A stretch of 32,000 nucleotides of DNA. Source: Crocosphaera subtropica ATCC 51142 (lineage in GTDB: Bacteria > Cyanobacteriota > Cyanobacteriia > Cyanobacteriales > Microcystaceae). Positions 1 through 9,354 of the stretch are shown here, in pieces (positions within the stretch are counted from its first letter, which is position 1; each line of letters begins with the position of its first letter). The notes beneath the pieces are model-generated. The model did not search any database. It was not told the DNA's origin and saw nothing but the letters and a program-made list of their open reading frames with translations. Both the position numbers and the translations under genes were made by a program. Location: NCBI RefSeq assembly GCF_000017845.1, contig NC_010546.1, positions 3,150,001 through 3,182,000 on the forward strand, written 5' to 3'.

Positions 1-28
1 AAAAGCAGTCTCTATTAAGCCTGAGATT

Positions 29-505
29 GTGAACATTATCCCAAAAGCCAACCCCCCAGTTGTATCTACCAGCGAAAGCGAAACCGTTTCTTCTGAGTCA
101 CAGGCTTCTTCTTCAACCGTAAAAACCATCGAGACGATTCAAGGGGGATGGCATCGTCTAGGAGAACAGCATTTTCTCTTTTGTGGCGATACAGCCTCTT
201 CGGCCTTTGCTACTCGTATTCCCTATGCTTCGTTGGCGATCGCCATTACTGCCGAAGACTGGGATCATGATTGGTTGGTAGAAAAAGCAAAATCTGTGAT
301 GATTTTCCCGGAATCTGACTACAAACCCGGTTTAATTGAACAATTAATCACTTTATTTACCCAACCAGGGGAAACCGTTATTTTTCCCTGGTTACCCAAC
401 CCCGACATGATCACCATTGCCCATCAATTAAACCGTAAAATTTTTGCAGGAGATCCCAACCGTCAACGGTGTCAGTTAGCCATAGAACAGAGTAACCACT
501 TCTAA
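29..505 (+). CDS. hypothetical protein; reading frame is open back to the window edge, so it may be 5'-truncated
   Basis: 158-aa ORF from a GTG. No in-frame stop between nt 2 and 29. Contains 'WHRLGEQHFLFCGD', which loosely recalls the HRLxCGD motif at the N-terminus of ParB-fused DNA methylases, but no DPPY-type motif follows. Convergent with the NRPS ending at 637. Confidence 0.45.
   Translation: MNIIPKANPPVVSTSESETVSSESQASSSTVKTIETIQGGWHRLGEQHFLFCGDTASSAFATRIPYASLAIAITAEDWDHDWLVEKAKSVMIFPESDYKPGLIEQLITLFTQPGETVIFPWLPNPDMITIAHQLNRKIFAGDPNRQRCQLAIEQSNHF
236..243. repeat. HIP1 octamer GCGATCGC (representative of about 30 copies in the window)
   Basis: Other copies read by eye include 1910, 2236, 3341, 3770, 4284, 4543, 11182, 16201 and several in 26.2-31.4 kb, among others. 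For an 8-mer at this base composition I estimate well under 1 copy per 32 kb by chance. Confidence 0.9.
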
Positions 506-545
506 TATGAAATCCTCTTGAATACCATACGTTAAAATAGGGTAA

Positions 546-580
546 GCAAGGGAAGCGGAGGAGGCAGAGGGAGTAGGGAG
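546..580. repeat. heptamer-type repeat array (reverse complement of the CTCCCTR/CTCCTSC family), intergenic
   Basis: 'gcaagggaagcggaggaggcagagggagtagggag', between convergent genes. Confidence 0.7.
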
Positions 581-636
581 AATAGTTTAAGCCTTTGTAT
601 TAAAAAAGCAAATACCCTGTTTAAATGCACAATAGC

Positions 637-3600
637 TTACTCCAAATCTGATAAAAAGTCCTCAAGTTCTTCTTGGGTAAAATCCATTTTGGGAAAATCA
701 AGGGGGGTATAATTTCTGTCTTCGGAAAATAAACAATAATCGATCATTTGTCGTAATATTTGACTGAAGTTTTGCATTAAATTATCAATGGTTGTTTGAC
801 GATACATTGAACGACTATATGTCCAATCAACTCGTAATTGATGATTAATAATTAGGCTGTTTATTTCAATTAAAGAACTTCTGCGATCGTGTGGACTTCT
901 TGCGGTTCCACTGGATTCTGGGGCGGGTTTAAAGGGTGATTCTGAGGGAAATAGGCGATCAAATTGTCCAAAATAATTAAAGCGAATGTCTGCCTGGGGG
1001 AGACTTTTTAGTTGTTTTTGAATTGCTTCATTACCTAAGTAACGTAAGATTCCGTAACCGATGCCGTGATCAGGAATATTGTTTAGTTGTTCTTTTATTT
1101 GGATAATAGATTCTAGAAAGGTTTCTGCTTGACTTAAATCGAATACGACAGGGAATAGGGTGGTAAACCAGCCAATAGTACGGGATAAGTTGATATCTTC
1201 AAATAAGTCTTCCCTCCCGTGTCCTTCTAATTCTATGAGTAATTTGTGTTGTCCTGTTAAGGCTTCAAAGGTTTGGACTAAAGCAGCAATTAAAACTTCA
1301 TTAATTTGGGTTTGATAACGACTAGGAATTTCTTGAAGTAATCTTTGTGTGTCTTCTTGACTAAGAGTTATAGAAAGGGTTTTAGCCTCAGCCATTGTAT
1401 TTTTTCCTGTGGGAAAATCAACGGGTAAACTAGGAATTGGATCTTGAAAAAGTTTTATCCAATTGGATAATTTTCCTTGCAGTAATTCAGAATTAGCATA
1501 GGTTTGTAATCGTTCTACCCAATATTTGAAAGAGGTGGTTTTTGGTGGCAATAATATTGTTTTATTCTGATTCAATTGCCGATAAGCCGTTTGTAAATCT
1601 TCTAAGAAAATGCGCCAAGAAATTCCATCAATTACCAGATGGTGCATAATTAATAATAAGCGACTACTGCGATGATTTCCTAAATTAAACCAAGCTACTC
1701 TTATTAAGGGATCTGAATTTAAAGAAAAGCTAGATTGGAGTTGAGTTGCTGCTCTAGAAATCGCTAATTCTAAACCTTGATCGGGTAAGGTTGAAAAATC
1801 AATTTCGATAAAGGGAATAACCTCATTAAAACTGTTATTGATTTGTTGCCAACCCAACTCTGTTGGTTCAAAACGTAAACGCAAAGCATCATGATGTTCT
1901 AATAATTTGGCGATCGCCTGTTGTAAATTCTGAGGATCAACCCTCTGCTGAATTTCTAATAAAATGGCTTGATTCCAATGATGAGGATCGCTTAAATTTT
2001 GTTCAAAAAACCAGTGTTGGATAGGGGTAAGGGGAACAACGCCTGTAATTGTTTCTTGTTCAGCGTAAATAGTGGAAGAAATTTGATCAAGAACCGAAGC
2101 AAGTTCAGCCATAGTTTGATGTTGAAACAAGTCTTTTGGGGTAAGTTTTAAGCCTATTTGATTCGCTTTTGCTACCACTTGGATAGCCAGAATAGAATCA
2201 CCACCCAAGGCAAAGAAGTTATCATGAATACTAATGCGATCGCATCCTAAAACTTGACTCCAAATAAGTGCAAGGGACTCTTGTTGAGCGGTTTGGGGAG
2301 CAATAAAGGTTTTGGTTTCGTCAGTATTGATCTGAGGTTCAGGTAAAGCTTTGCGGTTTACCTTGCCATTAGGCATTAACGGCAGTTCTTTTAGTACCAG
2401 ATAGAGAGACGGAACCATATAGTCAGGTAAACTTTGCTGGAGAAAATGGCGTAATTTGGCTTCTTCTAGTAATTGATCCATTGACTCCATAACCAGATAA
2501 GCCACTAACCGTTTATTGCCAGCATTATCTTCTTTTACTGTCGTCACGGCTTGAGAAATAGCTGGATACTTCAATAAGTTTTCTTCGACTTCCCCTAACT
2601 CAATACGAAACCCTCTGACTTTAACTTGATTATCAATACGTCCTAAATATTCAATGTGACCATCCTCTCGTAATCTTACCCTATCCCCTGTTCTATATAA
2701 ACGACTCCCTTCGATAGCCCCTTGGCCCCGCTTACTAAGGGGGGTTGAAGGGATCGGAATAAACCGTTCTGCGGTTAAGATGGGTTGATGTAAATAGCCT
2801 CTGGCTAACCCTTCTCCGCCTAAATATAATTCTCCTGGCACACCTAGGGGTACAGGTTGTAAATAGGCATCTAAAATATAAGCCTCAGTATTCGTAATAG
2901 CAACCCCAATACTAGGAGACTGTTGCGCTTCTGGATCAATTAAGGCTACCGTTGAATAGGTCGTATCTTCGGAAGGGCCATAAAGGTTAAAAACCTGCTC
3001 AATAGGGGAATTTTGATATAATTGCTGAACAAGATGCTTAGAAAGGGCTTCCCCTGCTAAATTAATCGTTTTAACGCTGTTAGGAATGGCATTTAGCCTT
3101 AATAACTCAGTGGCAGCAGTGGGGACAGTATTAACTAAAGTAACTTTCTCTGCATGAGGTAACTCAGCTAAAGCGAGGGCATTTTCTGCTAGGATAACCG
3201 TTCCTCCCCAACTCAAAGGAACAAAGATTTCAAATACAGATAGGTCAAAACACACAGAAGTAGAAGCTAACACCCCTGAAAGTTGTTCTGCGGTAAACGT
3301 TTCTTTTGCCCAGTATAAAAGAGCAACCGTGCTACGATGGGCGATCGCAACCCCTTTCGGCCTGCCTGTGGAACCCGACGTATAGATCAGGTATGCTAAA
3401 TTTTCAGGGAGAAGCTCACTTGAAGGGTTAATGAGAGCTTGTTGAATAATTTTATCCTGATCGACTTCTAGATCAATAATGGTTACGCCTGGTGGTTGTG
3501 AAATATTACCTTGAGTTATTAAAATAGGAATCTGAGCATCTTCCATCATTAAAGCCAAGCGTTCGGAAGGATAATTAGGATCTAAGGGTAAATACGCCCC

Positions 3601-6600
3601 TCCTGCTTTTAAAATCCCTAAAAGTACCACAATAAGTTGAGGAGAACGGTTTAAACACACACCGACGGGGGTTTCTGGTTTCACCCCTAACTGTTGTAAA
3701 TAATGAGCAAGTTGGTTCGCTTGGTGGTTGAGGTCCTGATAGGTTAATTCTTGAGTTTCATGGATAAGGGCGATCGCATCTGGCGTTCTTTTAACTTGTT
3801 CCTCAAACAGTTCATGTATCAACCCTTCAACTCTCTCCAGACTTTCCATACTTCCCACACTTCCCACCCCTAAGGGTAACTGCCACAGTTGCTGCTGAGG
3901 GTTAGCAATAATACCTGTAATTAAGGTTTGAAAATGTTGAGCTAGACGGCGAATTCTACTATCTTCAAAGAGATCAGTATTATACTCAAAAGTACCTATT
4001 AATCCCTCTGCTGTTTCTGTCATAAATAAGGTTAAATCAAACTTTGCCGTTGTACTTTCTGGTTTGACAGACTGTAAGGATAACCCAGGTAACTCCAGAG
4101 ACTGCATAGGAATATTTTGCAGCACAAACATCACTTGAAACAGGGAAGTATAACTTAAGTCTCGTTCAGGTTGTAATGCGTCAACTAACTGCTCAAAAGG
4201 AAGATCCTGATGACTATATGCGCCTAAAGTTGTTTCCCTTACCTGTTGTAATAATTGCACAAACGTCATTGTCCCTGACAAATGCGATCGCAAGGCCAAA
4301 GTATTCGCAAAAAAGCCAATTAACCCTTCAATTTCGCTACGATTACGGTTAGCAATGGGAGAACCGACAATAATATCCTCACTGTGAGTATAGCGATGTA
4401 ACAGCACATTAAACGCTGCTAACAACACCATGAATAAGGTGCTATTGTGTTGCTGACTTAACTGTTTTAACCCGTCAGACTGTTGTTGAGACAGTTGAAA
4501 TGTCAGCGTTTTCCCGTGAAAAGTTTGTACAGGAGGACGAGGGCGATCGCTTGGTATTTTTAGTAAGGTTGGGGCATTGTTTAACTGAGTTCTCCAGTAA
4601 GCGAGTTGCGTGTCTAAGGTTTCCCCTTGTAACCATTCTCGTTGCCATGCAGCAAAGTCTAAATACTGTATAGGCAGTTCAGGCAAAGGGGAGGGTTTTT
4701 GTTGGGAAAAGGCTTGATATAACGCTGCGACTTCCTGGATAAAAATGCCTACAGACCAAGCATCGGCTACACTATGATGGAGTACCAACAATAAAATATA
4801 GTCTTGTTCTGCTAACTGAAATAGTTTGACTCTTAATAAGGGAGTTTGAGCTAATTTAAAAGGCTGTTTTGCTTCCTTTACTGCTAATTTTTTGGCGGCT
4901 TCTTCTGAGTTTGGAGTATCTCGTAGATCAATAATAGGTAAGTTTAATGTGATAGTAGGGGAAATGATTAGTTGAGGTTTGCCGTCAACAGTTTTAATAC
5001 AACTCCGCAACACTTCATGGCGACCCACCACTTCATTAAGACTCTCTTGCAGCAGAGAAATATTCAGTTTACCTGTCAAACGAACTGCCCCAGGAATATT
5101 ATAAAAAGGACTATCAGGCTCTAATTGTGATAAAAACCATTGTCGCTGTTGAGCAAAAGATAAAGGTAACTCGCCATGACGATCTATTTTTTGAAATGAT
5201 AAAATCTCTTGCTTTCCTTCCCCATCAATAGCATTAGATAAACTTCTAATGGTTGGTTTTTCAAACAGTATTCTTAATGGTAACTCTCTTTCAAACACTT
5301 GGCGAACTTGAGACATCACCCGTGTCGCTAACAGAGAATGTCCCCCTAACTCAAAAAAGTTATCTTCCACACTCACTTGATTCAAATTGAGAATATTAGC
5401 CCAAATACCTGCTAAAATTTCCTCTGTTGCTGTTTTTGGTGCGATATAATCTTTATGATTTAATTCAATCTCTGGTAAAGCGTTACGATCAATTTTGCCA
5501 TTAGGGGTTAACGGTAAACTGTCTAACTCTATAAACCTTGACGGAATCATGTAACTGGGTAATTTTTCCGCTAAAAAGTCTTTTAGTGGGGGAGTATGGG
5601 TAGAGACAATATAAGCAATAAGACTTTCTTCTTTAACAATAACTACTGCTTCTTTTACTTGAGGATGAGTCAATAATATTGTTTCTATTTCTCCCAATTC
5701 TAGGCGAAATCCTCTTAATTTTAGCTGATAATCTGTTCTTCCTAAATATTCTATCTCTCCATCTTCCCCATACTTAACTAAGTCTCCTGTTTTATATAAA
5801 CGACTCCCTGCTTTTCCCCCCCTCTCAAGGGGGGTTGAGGGGATCGCCATAAATCTTTCTGCTGTTAATTTTGGTCTGTTTAAATAGCCTCTAGCTACTC
5901 CCATTCCTCCGATATATAATTCTCCTGGTACTCCTATAGGCACTTGATTATAGTCTTTATCTAACACATAAAATTGTGTGTTATTAATAGGTTTTCCTAA
6001 CCTAACTTTATCTGAAGTGACTTGATAAACTGATGACCAAATAGTGGTTTCAGTTGGGCCATATAAGTTCCAAACTGCTCTAGATTTTTGTTGCAGATGT
6101 TGCCCTAAACTGGGATCTAATGCTTCTCCCCCACAGAAAATCGTTAAATCTTTTTTTCCTTCCCACCCTGATGCGAGTAATAGTTTCCAAGTAGCAGGGG
6201 TTCCCTGCATGACGGTTACTTGATGGCTTTCTAACTGTTGCCCTAGGGTAACACCGTCTTGAGCAACAGTACGGGGAACTAAGACTAATTTTGCCCCAAC
6301 AATAAGGGGTAAATAGAGTTCTAAGGCAGCAATATCAAAGGATAGGGTTGTTACTGATAATAAAGTATCATCATCAGTTAATCCAGGTTTTTCACTCATC
6401 GAAACAAGAAAGTTACTTAACGCACGATGAGGTATTTGTACCCCTTTGGGAATACCTGTAGACCCTGATGTATAAATGATATACGCAAGATTGTCTAAGT
6501 TGATGTCTACATCGAGATTTGTCTTTTTTTCTTGATTAATTTCTCCTTGTACTTTATTAATATCAATCAAATATTTCACACTTTCCGAATTCCGAACTCC

Positions 6601-8418
6601 GCTGCGAAGCAGGACGAAGTCGCCCTCTGAACCCTTGATTAAATAATCAATTCCTGAATCTTTGATCATAAAATCGAGACGTTGTTCAGGATAGTTGGGG
6701 TCTAGGGGTAAATAGGCTCCTCCTGCTTTTAGAATGGCGAGTAAACTAATCACCATGTCTAAAGAAGGGTCTAAACATATCCCTACTAAGGTTTCTGGTT
6801 TGACTCCTAAACGTTGTAAATAATGAGCCAGTTGATTGGCTTTTTGATTTAATTGTTGATAGGTTAATGATTCATTGTTAAAAATAACAGCAATTTTATT
6901 CGGACTCTTCTTGACTTGTGTTTCAAATAGTTGATGTATGTAAATCTCCCTGCTCCCTGCTCCCTGCTCCCTTCTGCCTTGTATAAATAACTCTTTTTGT
7001 TCAGAGCTTGTTAATAAATTTAACTGGGAAATTTTTTCTTCAGGAGCATTTACTATTTCTTGTAATAGGGTTTTAAAATGTTTAATTAAACGCTTAATTG
7101 TTGTACCTTTAAATAAGCCAGTATTATATTCAAAAACACCTCTGAGTCCTGATGAAGTTTCATACATATCTAAGCTTAAATCAAATCGAGAGGTTTGATT
7201 TTCCCATGACAACGTATTTAAACTTAACCCTGGTAAGCGAACTTTTTCGCTAGGTGTATTATGAAGAATAAACATCACCTGAAACAGCGGGTTATGGCTT
7301 AAATTACGCTCTGGTTGTAAAACTTCAACTAAATATTCAAACGGTAAATCTTGATGTGCATAAGCCCCTAACGCCACCTCTTTTACTTGAGTTAAAAAAT
7401 CCCAAAAACTAATATTACTTGTAATCTCTGTACGAAAAACCAGATTATTAACAAATAACCCAATTAAATTTTCAATTTCAGTGCGGTTACGGTTAGCAAC
7501 GGTTGAACCCACTAAAATATCATCTTGTCCTGTATAACGATACAATAAAACTTTAAACGCTGCTAACAAAGTCATAAACAGCGTTGTCCCTGCTTGACGA
7601 GAAACTTTTTTTAATGTGTTAGACAGTTCAAGAGAGAGAAAAAACTCCTCAGTTGTGCCTTGAAAAGTTTGAATGGGGGGACGAGGAAAATCTGTGGGTA
7701 ATTGAAGAATGGGGGGATTATTCCGTAATTTTTCCCGCCAATATTCGAGTTGCTTGACTCTCGCTTCTCCTTGCAACCATTTTCGCTGCCAAACAGCAAA
7801 GTCTGCGTATTGAATGGGTAAACTAGGTAAGGGTGAGGGTTTTTGTTGAGAAAAGGCTTCATAAATAGCAGCTAATTCTTGAATCAGTACCCGCATTGAC
7901 CAATAATCAGCAATAATATGATGAACAGTAAAGATTAGGACATAATCTTCTTGATCTCGTTGAAAAATAATGCTTCTTAATAGGGGACTTTTTTCTAAAT
8001 TAAAGGATCGCAAGGCTTCAGTTTTAATATTGGTTTGTATTTCAATTTCTTGGTGTTCTTTTGATAATTCTTGTAAGTCAATCAAGGGAATATCTAAGGT
8101 TAGACTTTGTATTATTTTTTGTTTGGGTTCATCATCAAAACCGATAAAGATTGTCCGCAAAATTTCATGTCTTTGGACAATTTCATTTAAACTATTTTTT
8201 AGGGTGAGTAAGTTTAATTTTCCTTTTAATTCTAAAGCAACAGGAATATTATAAGCAGCGGTTCCAGGTTGTAAGCGATCTAAAAACCATAGACGAGCTT
8301 GAGCAAAAGATAAAGGAAATAGTTGTTTTTTTTGTTTCTTTTTTTGTTCTAGTTTTGCTAGTAGCTTTCGTTTTTGTTCTAAGGAAAGTTGATTGATTGC
8401 TGATTGCTTCTTGCCCAT
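637..8418 (-). CDS. non-ribosomal peptide synthetase, two modules: C-A(Gly-like)-T-C-A(Cys-like)-T-E
   Basis: 2593-aa ORF with ATG start. Motifs: C '[11 protein letters not shown]'/'HHIIADYWS'; A '[16 protein letters not shown]'; T '[10 protein letters not shown]'; second C '[11 protein letters not shown]'/'HHSVADAWS'; A '[16 protein letters not shown]'; T '[10 protein letters not shown]', the type that precedes E domains; E '[10 protein letters not shown]', 'EGHGRE'. Acidic C-terminal tail. No TE. Confidence 0.97.
   Translation of the reverse strand: [2593 protein letters not shown]
705..2050 (-). other. epimerization (E) domain, followed by a COM-donor-like acidic tail (about 640..704)
   Basis: '[10 protein letters not shown]', '[12 protein letters not shown]', 'ELEGHGRE', '[10 protein letters not shown]'. 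Tail '[24 protein letters not shown]'. Boundaries approximate. Confidence 0.85.
2090..2310 (-). other. T (PCP) domain, E-associated type
   Basis: '[16 protein letters not shown]'. The phosphopantetheine Ser codon is at 2194..2196. Confidence 0.85.
2345..3825 (-). other. A domain, hand-read specificity code DLFNNALTYK (Cys-like)
   Basis: '[10 protein letters not shown]', '[10 protein letters not shown]', 'INLAGEAL', '[14 protein letters not shown]', 'NGKVNR'. Positions assigned by alignment to the GrsA numbering from memory. Confidence 0.7.
2719..2757. repeat. G-run/GATC mini-element copy, in frame in an A domain (A6-A7 loop)
   Basis: 'ccccgcttactaaggggggttgaagggatcgg'. I translated it codon by codon as [13 protein letters not shown]. 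Confidence 0.75.
3851..3868. repeat. 9-bp tandem duplication in frame in a C-A linker
   Basis: 'cttcccaca cttcccacc' encodes the G-VGS-VGS segment of '[10 protein letters not shown]'. Confidence 0.7.
3880..5178 (-). other. C domain (LCL-type)
   Basis: '[13 protein letters not shown]', 'HHSVADAWS', '[12 protein letters not shown]'. Confidence 0.85.
5215..5440 (-). other. T (PCP) domain
   Basis: '[16 protein letters not shown]'. The Ser codon is at 5335..5337. Confidence 0.85.
5816..5848. repeat. G-run/GATC mini-element copy, in frame in an A domain (A6-A7 loop)
   Basis: 'ccccccctctcaaggggggttgaggggatcgcc' encodes [12 protein letters not shown]. Confidence 0.8.
6583..6634. repeat. heptamer-phase repeat (TTCCGAA x2 plus degenerate units), in frame between A2 and A3
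   Basis: 'ttccgaattccgaactccgctgcgaagcaggacgaagtcgccctctgaaccc' encodes [17 protein letters not shown]. Confidence 0.7.
6946..6978. repeat. CTCCCTG heptamer array, in frame in a C-A linker
   Basis: 'ctccctgctccctgctccctgctcccttctgcc' encodes [11 protein letters not shown]. Confidence 0.85.
7020..8322 (-). other. C domain (LCL-type), preceded by a Lys-rich N-terminal docking-like helix
   Basis: '[13 protein letters not shown]', 'HHIIADYWS'. N-terminus '[22 protein letters not shown]'. Confidence 0.85.
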
Positions 8419-8570
8419 TTTAATAAATATGATATTAACTTTTTTAAATGCTATAATTATGATGCTTTACTGAAACAGTCTCTCTTGACAGTAACGGGAT
8501 AGAAATCATAATACACTATAGACTTAAAATGCTAAGATATTGTCAAGTTGTTAATATAATGATTCCTAGG

Positions 8571-9155
8571 TTATTGAGGTTCATTAAAATCTACTCCTGC
8601 ATAAATATCTGACAACTGTAATTCAAAAGCGATCGCATTTAACTGTATTGTTAAATCTTCTCCTTCGTATTCCGATAACAACCATTTTTTATCTTCAGTT
8701 TTAGTGTATTGCATAATATGATATTGTTCCTGAGCAATCAAAATATATTCTTCTATTTCAGGAATGGAACGATAGTAAGTAAATTTATCGCCTTGGTCGT
8801 AATTTTGAGTCGATTTGGATAAGACTTCTGCAATTAAAATAGGATTGGTTACAGTCGTGGTTCCTTTATCAGCATAAATCGGTTTTCCTTTGATGACCAT
8901 AACATCGGGATAAGTATAGACGCGATGACGAGGTATCCAGAGACGCACATCTCCAATATAGACGCGATAATTTTGCTGTCTTAAACCAAATTTGAGGTTG
9001 GTATAACAATTTCCGGCAATTTCATTATGGTTGGTTGTTCCTCCTGTCATGGGGATGATTTCTCCATCGTGGTATTCGTTTTTGTATTCTGCTTGTTCTT
9101 CTAACTGTAAATATTCTTCTGGGGTATATTGACGATTTTGAGTTTGTAATTGCAT
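8571..9155 (-). CDS. Uma2-family (DUF820, PD-(D/E)XK-like putative restriction endonuclease fold) protein
   Basis: 194-aa ORF with ATG start. Typical Uma2 layout: 'YTPEEYLQLEEQAEYKNEYHDGEIIPMTGGTTNHNEI', 'YIGDVRLWIP', 'YPDVMVIKG', 'LIAEVLSKST', 'DKFTYYRSIPEIEEYILI'. Lies between two NRPS genes on the same strand. Confidence 0.8.
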   Translation of the reverse strand: MQLQTQNRQYTPEEYLQLEEQAEYKNEYHDGEIIPMTGGTTNHNEIAGNCYTNLKFGLRQQNYRVYIGDVRLWIPRHRVYTYPDVMVIKGKPIYADKGTTTVTNPILIAEVLSKSTQNYDQGDKFTYYRSIPEIEEYILIAQEQYHIMQYTKTEDKKWLLSEYEGEDLTIQLNAIAFELQLSDIYAGVDFNEPQ

Positions 9156-9354
9156 AACAAAAATAAGATTTTAGTTAATATATTTTACCTTAAAAAAAGA
9201 GTGATTACCATTTAACAAGGGTTGTCAACTGCAATTAAGCAAGGGAAAAGTCAGTAGCATTCAAATACTAGCATTAAATCCAAGCAGTTTGGCTAATTTA
9301 TCCTCTCTTGAACCAATGGAAGTATTAGGGTAAGTATTCATCTCTTGCTAGAGA

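Larger units (their letters stand above)
5470..7018 (-). repeat. A-domain cassette copy 1 (code DILQFGLIWK, Gly-like); 1549 bp, near-identical to 21989..23537
   Basis: Base-by-base comparison at offset 16519 found no indels. There are 7 mismatches, at 5635, 5668, 5838, 6078, 6612, 6732 and 6736. Flanks diverge abruptly on both sides. Confidence 0.95.

Noticed and set aside
506-636. An intrinsic terminator between the convergent genes
   Set aside because: I found heptamer-type repeats but no convincing GC-rich stem followed by a T-run on either strand.
7611-8254. Small ORFs 7611..7862 (-) and 7970..8254 (+) nested in the NRPS gene
   Set aside because: They lie entirely inside a 2593-aa ORF whose translation shows continuous C-domain motifs. 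Their translations are low-complexity with no recognisable motifs. They are typical shadow ORFs.
8326-8345. Homopolymer tracts (T8 at 8326-8333 and T7 at 8339-8345 on the plus strand, so A-runs in the gene) as phase-variation switches
   Set aside because: They simply encode the Lys-rich docking helix (KKKQKKQ) in an AT-rich genome. Nothing in the sequence points to slippage, and no alternative frame yields a product.
8550-9182. The 9-bp direct repeat GTTAATATA flanking the Uma2 gene as a target-site duplication
   Set aside because: In two AT-rich spacers of about 150-200 bp, a shared 9-mer of this composition is expected by chance about once. I saw no terminal inverted repeats or transposase.
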